Notes under the pieces: generated by a model
What the model saw: only the letters and a program-made list of their open reading frames with translations
Told to the model about the DNA's origin: nothing
Databases searched by the model: none
Made by a program: the position numbers and the translations under genes
Shown: positions 55,139 to 64,000 of the stretch, one piece after another
How the letters are laid out: every line of letters starts with the position of its first letter
Position numbering within the stretch: the stretch's first letter is position 1
Assembly (NCBI GenBank): GCA_025603075.1
Contig: MU626274.1
Coordinates: 118,943-182,942 of the forward strand
DNA: 64,000 nt
Source: Neoconidiobolus thromboides FSU 785
Lineage: Eukaryota; Fungi; Entomophthoromycota
Direction: 5' to 3'

Positions 55139-55959
55139 AATAATTTAATTAATATTTTAAAAAACTATACAATAAAGAGTTGTAAATATAGTTTTTTATT
55201 TCCAATATATATCACTTGTATTAGAAACTATTCTGATTCTAATTAGTTCTTGTTATTCAATTTAGATGTTCCAACTTTAAAATGTATAGTTGAATTTAGA
55301 GTCTCTCCTATCTTCAATTCCTATCTATAACCATTATTGTTGAATACTATTAAAACAATTTGTTTTTTACTGTTTATGATATAAAAGTTTGCCTTTTATA
55401 ATATAATTCAAATACCTTATTAAACTCATGATATATTACTCCATGTTCTCAAATGATTTATGTAAAAATTAGGAACATCTTATAAAATATTAAAAGTTCG
55501 ACTTTTAATATAAATATTATGCTTATTATTTTTGTTTGTAGCAAAAATGAAGTCTTTGTTAAAATATACTCTGCTCTACTTTTTTAAATGTCTTATAGAC
55601 TTAAAGTAATATAATTTACTATCAAACTATTAAACTATTAAAAACTATTTTTATTATAATTTATATAGAGTCTTTTTTTTATAGCATTTTGCAGTAATTT
55701 TTAAAAAATTTCGTTCCATAGAAGCTAAACAAATAGTATTTTAACTACCCTAAAAAACCTTCCAGCCTCTATTCAAATCTCTATATGTGTAAATACAGTA
55801 ACAGTTGATGCCATCATTAACTTCAGTTAGAAAAAACAGAGAAGTAGCAAAGTAAAAAATAGCTAATGGATTTTTATTATCAAGAGTATTGGATAATAGA
55901 ATACCCTTTCTAATAAAAAGTAAAGGATTGAACAAGTCATACTACTTATGTAAATAATA

Positions 55960-56062
55960 CCAGGATGTATTTTTATATTTAAGAGTTTTACTAACAATTT
56001 TTCATTCAAATAGCGCTTAAAAGATGGAAAAAGTAATGAAGCCAAAAAAATCATCCTCATAT
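55960..56062 (+). mobile_element. MITE-like repeat, copy 15
   Basis: GGATGTATTTTT...TTCATTCAAATAGCGCTTAAAAGATGGAAAAAGTAATGAAG (very similar to copy 13)...CATCCTCATAT. Confidence 0.8.
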
Positions 56063-56180
56063 AGTTCCATTCTTTATTTTATCTAACCCTTTGAAACTAT
56101 TTTTCTATGAGTTTTTTTTTAAATGTTTACAAATTATACTTTGTTTATAATATTTAGTAAAAATTAAAACTTAAACTACT

Positions 56181-56286
56181 ATTTGGGGATATATTTTGTG
56201 TTTAAGAATTTTACTAACAGTTTTTCCACTCAAATAGCGCTTAAAAAATGGAAAAATAATGCAACCAAAAAAAACAGCCCTATATG
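56181..56286 (+). mobile_element. MITE-like repeat, copy 16
   Basis: TTTGGGGATATATTTTGTG...TTTTCCACTCAAATAGCGCTTAAAAAATGGAAAA...CCCTATATG. Confidence 0.85.
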
Positions 56287-56303
56287 ATTTATTAAGAAAT
56301 ACG

Positions 56304-56404
56304 CATATGGGTTTTTTGGTTCCAGTACTTTTTCCATTTCTAAGCACTAGTTGAGGGGAAAAATTATTATTAAAGTTTCTAAACAAAAAAATATATCTTT
56401 ATAT
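56304..56404 (-). mobile_element. MITE-like repeat, copy 17 (inverted relative to copy 16)
   Basis: CATATGGGTTTTTT...TTTTCCATTTCTAAGCACTAGTTGAGGGGAAAA. Confidence 0.7.
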
Positions 56405-56579
56405 TCTTTCCTGGTAATTTAAGTTATTTTAAAAGTATCATTGTAATAAGATTGATTAAAATAAGGCAATATACAATTGAGTAAAAACAAATAGAAGATG
56501 AAAATCTAAGCTTTATTTATATTATAGTAAACAAATGAAAGATAGATTTCGAGTTGTGCTTTTATTTTAATTTATAAGC

Positions 56580-56990
56580 TTATACCACATGGAAATAATC
56601 GGTAATTAATTTTTGCTTTTTATCATTATTAGGTTCTTTCTTAATAATACCTACAATTTCGGCAAGTTTCTTAGTAAACCCATCGACAGTGAGTTCACCC
56701 TTTTCAATCTTTGCTTTTTGAGCTGCTTTCCATCCGACATAGGCTGTTCCGCATGCACTGCAAAATCCAATACCACCTGCGACAGCAGCCATGGCACTAT
56801 CAACACCTGGTGCGTTACATGCTGTAACAATACTAGCAGCAGCACCAACTAAGGATCCACAAAAGGTAGCTGCTTCAGTTTTACCTCTTTTATGATGATG
56901 CCATGGTTTAAAGCTAAAACCGTCAACGGAGTTGCTAAAGTTCAACATGGCTAATAAGTAGAAAGAAGCGATTAAAATAAAGAATCTCAT
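56580..56990 (-). CDS. Small secreted protein with KR dibasic site and Gly/Ala/Cys-rich hydrophobic core
   Basis: Intronless 136-aa ORF, signal peptide, HHHKR, four Cys including CSAC, GC-enriched relative to flanks. Confidence 0.75.
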   Translation of the reverse strand: MRFFILIASFYLLAMLNFSNSVDGFSFKPWHHHKRGKTEAATFCGSLVGAAASIVTACNAPGVDSAMAAVAGGIGFCSACGTAYVGWKAAQKAKIEKGELTVDGFTKKLAEIVGIIKKEPNNDKKQKLITDYFHVV

Positions 56991-59820
56991 ATTAAGTAAA
57001 TGATTGATTATATAAGTAAATGTTTATAAAAATAATGTTATCCAAATGATGAGCTTTTATACTATTTTTTGTGACTTGATTTTAAAACTCGATTTCATAT
57101 TTTTTACATTTTATTTCATATTTTTTATTTTTGTTATTATAAGATTTATTCAGTAATTTCTATTTTATTAATCTTTAAAAAAAAGTTGCCATTTTTAGTA
57201 AATGATTTGGTTCTTTAAAATATGTCTATACAAAGAATCAAATAAATAGCAATATTTTGTTAAGTTTTAAGCAATAAGTAACAGGCTACATTGATATTGG
57301 AATTCTAAAATATGATAATTATCATTAATAAATTACTTTTCGTGTTAATTATTCTTTAAGGCTTTATTTAATAATATATAAAATATGTTAAGAGAATGAA
57401 ATTTGTTCAAAACTGGTTGAGGTTTTATGGATCTGAATAAATACGTACTTTAACGAGTAAATTTCATTATCCAAAAGTTTTGAAATTCATCTCATAGTAT
57501 CTTATTAACTTTAAGCTATTTGGTTTTATATCATAGTATATCAGTCTCAGTTGATGTTTATTTTTTTCCTTGCTTTTGCAAAGTACTATTTTTTTTATAA
57601 TCTTTCTATTTATGGAATGTAATGGAGGTAAGCATAGTTACGTACAAATTAGGGGTTTATGATTAGCGAAAAGTTGATTCTGTTCTTTAAAAATTTTAAG
57701 ACAAATAAAATTTATATTTGGACATACTATTCTTGAAAAAGCTAAACTTATGATTAGTAGCAGCTTATATAATATAACTTTGTTCAAAATAAATGTGACA
57801 GATTTACTAAGAATCAGTTAGTAAATCCAACTCATTTATTTTGAGTAAGGTTATATACAGATTATTAGTTTAAGTTAATTTTTTTGTTTTCTCGGATATT
57901 AATGTAATTTATTAGAACCAGTTGTATTTATATGCCTTTAGCTTTTTGATTTGTTGTTAATCTATTTTATAATGAATTTATAGATCATATATAAGATTCC
58001 AACCATAGATTCACTATAAAAGAAATTAATGACAAATTAAAAAAAGTCGAAGGCATCTAAATCCAGCCAATTTTATAAAGTTTACTTTTCAAAATATCCA
58101 GATTCAGTTAATCCTTTTGAGTACACTTTTTCTAAAGCTTTAGGTGATAGTAAAAGAGTCTACCTTGATAGCATTCGAATTGAACTTTTTCAGTGCCAAA
58201 GATATCTCTTGAACAAATCTTAGAATATTATCAAATATATTTTTAGATCTTATGCTAGTATTTATGTTCTTATTAAAGTTCACAATTAATTTTTATATTG
58301 ATTGGTTTCATTTATTTTTATTTTTTGCATAAAAGGAATTCACTGAAAATTTTTTAGCCAGCATTTGTTTTAGAATGAGTTGTTTTTCAGTTGAGGTTTG
58401 ACATTCTAAAATAACAACCCAGCATTAAATTAACATTTTGGAAAACTCATTTTCATAAAAAATTAGAATCAGCATTTGAAATAAACGAATGCCATTCCTG
58501 GGCAAATATTACTTTCATAAATTTGAGTTGTAAATGTAAAACAAATCTACCAGTTTAAAGGCAATCTAATAAAAAAAATATAAGGACTGCTTTAAGCCAA
58601 ATCTAGTTTACCTTAAAAGCTTATACTAGAAAAGGTAGCTCTTGTGGAAAGGTAGTTTTCAAAATTAGCAGCCAAAAGTTTAGCCAATTACAGCACTTTT
58701 TATCTTATTTTACACTAATATTCAATATTAAAATTTGATAAGGCTTTGTATTAACACTTAAGATATTATCTCAATTTGTTTTTATAACACAACAGTGGTT
58801 TATCCACTGTTTTGTATTTAAAAAATTAAAGTTCTTTTTTGTTACTTGTTTTAAATTTCAATTATTTCTTAAATTACTTAATTCTCAAGTTACATCATTA
58901 CATTCTAAACGCAAGTTTATTTTATTCGTAACAAATCATTCTTAATTCATGTAATACAAAACTTAATGACTTGGGAAATATATTAAAAATAAATGAAATT
59001 AAGCTTTCAAAATAAGCAATACGTAAGTTTAAATAGCCTAAACTGGAGTTATCAATCCTTATTAAGGTGATGAAACTAAAACAGCTAAGCAAAGTGGATT
59101 TCAATATTACCCTTACTTTGGTGAAGATTTAAAACGAAAATTAATAATTTCAAACTGGACCATAAAATTTAAAAATTGCCTCCTAAGATGTCAAATGATA
59201 TTCGGATTATTTTATTGGTCACTTTTATTGTTTTTTGGTTAAGAAATTAGTTAAAGTTTCTGAATAAAGCAAGTGTCAGGTTACAATAAGGGGTGGTTAA
59301 TTATGATTATTTGGCTAATTGTTAAATCATTAAATAACTTAAGTAGATTTAATTGGTTGTTTATGAGATACAATGAGGGAGTATTGGAAGAAATAAAGTC
59401 ACACCAAAACTGTCATATATTAAATTTTGCCATAATACTAAATTCAGTTAATAGGTTAACTAATTCCATAATGTTCAATAATAACTGCTTTAAAGATATA
59501 TTATAACTGTTATTCGATAAATATATTAAGGGAATTACTTTTGTACTACCAAAAAGGTAAAAAATTTATCAAAAATCCAATAAAAACAATTAAGTTCAAT
59601 CAAAGTTAAGGGATTATTAACAGTTTAAAATCGCTTATAAATGATTCAAATGCGCTATTAGTGTTAATTAAGATTTGAACCTTTATTCCAATTTATAGAT
59701 CTTTTAATTTATAATCAACTAAATCTTATTAATCATCATCTATCATCATCTATCATAGTATATAGAATATACAGCTTTAACAGTCTTCTCATATCTTACT
59801 TTTTAATTTATTATGCCATC

Positions 59821-60944
59821 ATGTTCCAAACTGTAATCTATACTAATAAAGATTCGCAATTCAGTAGCCCAATAAAAACTTTACCTGACAGTATCAATGT
59901 CAAGTTTGTTGAGCATAATACCAATATACCGACTCCAAATTTATCTCCTGATATTAGTCATGAAACTGAACTGGTTGATGATAAAGAAGCTATCACACCC
60001 ACTTCTGCTTCCCCCATAATCTTCCCCAGGAGCCCATTAAATCCTGACTTAACTAACTATGGCTATAATATAATAAAGTTAATAGGACAAGGAGCGTTTG
60101 CTAAAGTATACTTAGGACAAAGAAAAAGCGGAGATCAAAAGGTAGCCATTAAGATGATGATAAAAAATCAAGAAAATCATGCTTTTTTTAACAAAGAAGT
60201 TGATTGTCTTAAAAAATATCAACATCCAAACATTGTCAAATTGATAGATTCTTTTATTACTGATGAACATCTTGTTATTGTTCAAGAATACTTGGCAGAT
60301 GGTGATTTATTTGATTTCATAAATAATAATCTTAAATTGTCCAAGAGTACAGTATCAGATATTTTTCAACAGTGTGTTCAAGGTATGTATTTAAATAATT
60401 TCATTAGTACAAAAATAGTTGAAATATAATTATTAATATTCGAATATTACTAAATTAGCCTAAACATATTATTTATATTGATAAATTAATTTTAGCTGTC
60501 CATTATTTACATAAAAATGACCTGGCACATAGGGACATTAAGCTAGAAAACTTTTTATTGATGAAGCAAAAGGATCGCTACATTGTAAAACTGACCGATT
60601 TTGGCCTGTCTATTAATACACTTGGTAATACTACCTTAAACGTAAGTATAAGTGGGTCTGAGGAATATTTAATGCCAGAGCTATTAGTCACAAGTAGTAA
60701 AGGTCATGATCTAAGGAAAGGTGACTCTTGGGCTTTAGGATGTATACTATATGCACTTACCTATGGTCATCTTCCATATCATTATGGAAATGGGGTTTCT
60801 CGTTCATCGATGTTTCGTAAAATTGCTTTAGGAGAGTTGAATTTTCCATCAGATACTAATGTGGACCCTAATTTAAAACAAAATATTAAAGGATTGCTAA
60901 AATTGAATGCTAATCATCGCATTAAATTGGAACAATTCTTGTAA
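59821..60944 (+). CDS. CAMK-group Ser/Thr kinase (Prr1/Nim1-like); 2 exons
   Basis: IGQGAFAKV, VAIKM, HPNIVKL, spliced HRDIKLENFLL, TDFGLS, GSEEYLMPE, DSWALGCILYAL. Confidence 0.88.
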
Positions 60945-61386
60945 AAAAAAAATTCATAGCATATATGCTATATTAAATTATATTCATTCAACTTATTAAA
61001 TAAAGTGTATATTATATTGCACAAATTATTATGCTTATACCTTTTTTTGTTTGTTTGAACTTTGATTTGTAATGATAAATTGACCAATGAAACTTAAATA
61101 TCATGTTTAAATCTAATAGGTCAAATCAATAAGGAGAGTCATGCCCCTTTTTTAATACATCATCAAATAATATAATACAAATTATTTCTCTATGGTAGAA
61201 ATTTAAATATAATTAATAAAATATAGTAATTACTAAAGCTACTATGATATGGTTGCTTCATAACCAAATACAAACATGCTTTAAAATAAAATAAAATAAA
61301 ATAAACAGCTATGAAAAATTAAAATAGTTCGAAATTTGTTAACATAAACTTTTTTATCTAAAAAGCTGTAGCACTAAATCCTTTAA

Positions 61387-62739
61387 TTAAAAATCCTCTT
61401 TTGGAACCCAATAAGCAATACTTAAATCCTTATGTGTATATTTAAGTAAATTGGAAGCTTCATCTGGTGAAATATCGGATATTTTAAATCGATGATAAAG
61501 TTTTTTTAACTTTAAACAAAATTTAATAACATTAATAATTAAATGGTTAAAATCGGGAACAATGAGAGTATTCCAATTAAAAGATAAACCATGGGTCATA
61601 GATGAACTAAACATTTCTGCTAATTCAAAACTTAATTGTTTGTCATTAATTACGGCTCCAATAAACTCAAATACTTGTACCTTTGGAAATTTACTACTTA
61701 ATAAGTAAAGCTTTGATTTTGTTAAATGTGAAAAATGAATCCCTAAATGAGTAATATGTTGTAATGTTGGTAACTCTTCCAAAATTATAGTGTCTAGCTC
61801 ACTATTGCTTAAATCTATATGTAAATGACTCAAACTCTTTAATCGATCTGTATAATCATTTAATGGTATTTGTATATTATTTGTTAATTTATGAACATGT
61901 AAATGATATATTCTATTATTATTTTCAATAAGTTTATCTAACATCTGTGCAGTAAATTCTTTATAGTTAATATGTAATGACTTTAAGTGCTTGAAATCAT
62001 ACCCTTCTGTATTCAAAAGATAACCATCCCATAATATTAGTGTTAATTTATTTAAATTTGGAAAGCAAGTTGAATTAATTGTAAATAAATCTTTATCAAT
62101 TGAAAATTTATGATATGACTTTACATACAACTCTCTCAAATTGGTATTTACATATGAATTTTTAAAATCCGAATCGAAGTAGGTATTTAACTTACTTAAA
62201 TAATTTCCTTTCCAAGCTTTTGGTATAATGGTTCCGTTACTAAGGTACTTAAACTTGATCAATTTAGGCAATGAATAAAATAAATTTTGTGCTGTAATAG
62301 GATCGAAATCTAATAAAACCAGAGTAGTTAAATTAATAAAATTCTCTATCATTGGTTTCCATTCGAAGATATCTTTTTCTGAAACATTCCTTCCATCTAA
62401 AGCTATTGATAAATTCTTTAACTTCGGATTTTCTTCCGCTTCTTGATGAATTAATTCCACTCTTTTTAAAGTTAAACTATGAACATTAGGGCATCGCTCA
62501 AAAAAATCATTGATCTTAAATTCCACTTCACTTATTCTTGCTCGAACTACTAAAGGACCATATTTTGGTATCAATTTCAACTTTAAATTGTTGTAATCTG
62601 TTATATTGAAGCTTTTGAATATACGTGGATTTACTATACTGTTCCATGACTTACTTACCAATCTCAATTTGTGCCTATCCTCATCTTCTAATTCATTCCA
62701 TATAATATCTAATGCTATGTCCGGAAGCTCCGATATCAT
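61387..62739 (-). CDS. F-box protein with degenerate LRR/RNI-like C-terminus
   Basis: LPDIALDIIWNEL...LRLVSKSWNSIV F-box; recurring LxxLxL motifs; intronless. Confidence 0.8.
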   Translation of the reverse strand: MISELPDIALDIIWNELEDEDRHKLRLVSKSWNSIVNPRIFKSFNITDYNNLKLKLIPKYGPLVVRARISEVEFKINDFFERCPNVHSLTLKRVELIHQEAEENPKLKNLSIALDGRNVSEKDIFEWKPMIENFINLTTLVLLDFDPITAQNLFYSLPKLIKFKYLSNGTIIPKAWKGNYLSKLNTYFDSDFKNSYVNTNLRELYVKSYHKFSIDKDLFTINSTCFPNLNKLTLILWDGYLLNTEGYDFKHLKSLHINYKEFTAQMLDKLIENNNRIYHLHVHKLTNNIQIPLNDYTDRLKSLSHLHIDLSNSELDTIILEELPTLQHITHLGIHFSHLTKSKLYLLSSKFPKVQVFEFIGAVINDKQLSFELAEMFSSSMTHGLSFNWNTLIVPDFNHLIINVIKFCLKLKKLYHRFKISDISPDEASNLLKYTHKDLSIAYWVPKEDF

Positions 62740-64000
62740 TTTGTTGAAAGGATATTTTTTTAATTTGTAATACTTCGTTTTTTTATTCTAAAATTTAAAC
62801 CAATAAAATAATTTATGGATTAGTAAGCAACTTATAATCAACAGTTATTTTTATACCAAAGAGAATATTTTATTAACTTAATTAAAATTGCGTTCTGTTC
62901 AAAATTCGAAATATTTTTGAACGAATACTTTTATAAAAAAGTGTGACGGGGTAAGGCTCCGCGATATATGTGCTCTTATTTTTTTATGCAGTATTTTTGC
63001 AAATGAACTAAGCAGGCAATCTTTATATGACTAGAGACAGCTGCATAGTTTTGATTAATTAAAGTATTCTTAAAAAATTAAAGACATACCAGAATCTTAC
63101 CAGTAATAGTTCTAGGGAGTTCGTTTCTATGAGCTAAATAATTTCAAAAAGGATTAGAATTAAAAATAAAATTAAGATTATAACAAGCACCTAGAACATG
63201 GGTTGAAGTTTTTGCTATTTCTTATTAAAAATAATAATAAAATTAGCATTAGAGCTAAGTTAAAACTAGGTTGGAGTTAGTGTATTTATAAATACTTTAA
63301 TTTTTTAGAATTGTTTTTTTGGTAGAGTTATTTTTATTACAATAGAGGAAACATTTCATTAGCATTTTGATACTTTAGCTAAAAAATTTAAAGGTTTAAT
63401 AAAATCCAAACATTTGGTCAGAGAGTAATTTAATCATGAGCACTGTAGATGAGTTGCATTCACTAAATTTTCGCAGACCAAAATTAAGTTATAACGGACA
63501 TTGCTCGCCAAATTAGTTCTAGCTAAGCAAAAATCATTCTTCAATAATCAGAAGAATCAAAATTTTTAATACAATCAAATGTAATTTTAAAATGTTCGGT
63601 ATGCAAAGGATTGAAGACTTTACTTTTATAAAAAATAAAATTCATCATTGATAATGATTATATCAATAATATAAAACCCCTCAAAAATTATTATAATATT
63701 TTAATTTATTGTTGCTGTTTTAGAGTTTTATTAAACAATTTAAGTCTTATTAGAATATTTAATCTACTAATTCTTTTTATGCATCACGAGTTTCAATAAG
63801 AAAATATATACTAAATATGGTAATTTTTTTAAAAAATTAATAAAAAAAATTAATTAAAATAAAAATATAATAAAAATATGTTTTATAGATATATCTTATA
63901 AAATTTGTAGTTAAAGATAAGTATCAAAAAAGAGTATAAAAACTCAGATCTTAGAATCTGTTTTTTTATAAACTTATACATTTATACATTTATACATTTA

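Noticed and set aside
57000-59800. Long gene-free spacer with three CAGCATT words (~58360-58480)
   Set aside because: No consistent period, ORF, or inverted-repeat structure that I can support.

Overview
Very AT-rich, gene-dense eukaryotic (fungal) DNA with many short (~33-60 nt) GT-AG introns. Composition, intron size and gene content suggest an early-diverging fungus such as an entomophthoralean (Conidiobolus-like); this is inference. About 30 protein-coding genes are present. Tightly packed conserved genes, mostly intron-containing: THOC3/TEX1, RPC37, an FG-nucleoporin, MINPP1-type phosphatase, PEX12, YOP1, NOP7, a NIPA transporter, sphingolipid C9-methyltransferase, beta-adaptin, CUE2-like, Aurora-like kinase, IMP3, GEM1, SRPK and a Prr1-like kinase. 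Intronless accessory genes set in long spacers: three class-A-like 7TM receptors, two DsbA/HCCA-isomerase paralogs, a secreted lipase, small secreted proteins and an F-box protein. The main non-genic structure is a ~100-108 bp palindromic MITE-like element (ATATGGGGATG...CATCCCCATAT) with at least 17 intergenic copies. These cluster around the accessory genes, often bracket them, and also form head-to-tail arrays and inverted pairs. No rRNA, tRNA or CRISPR array was recognised. Gene boundaries for spliced genes are hand-inferred.
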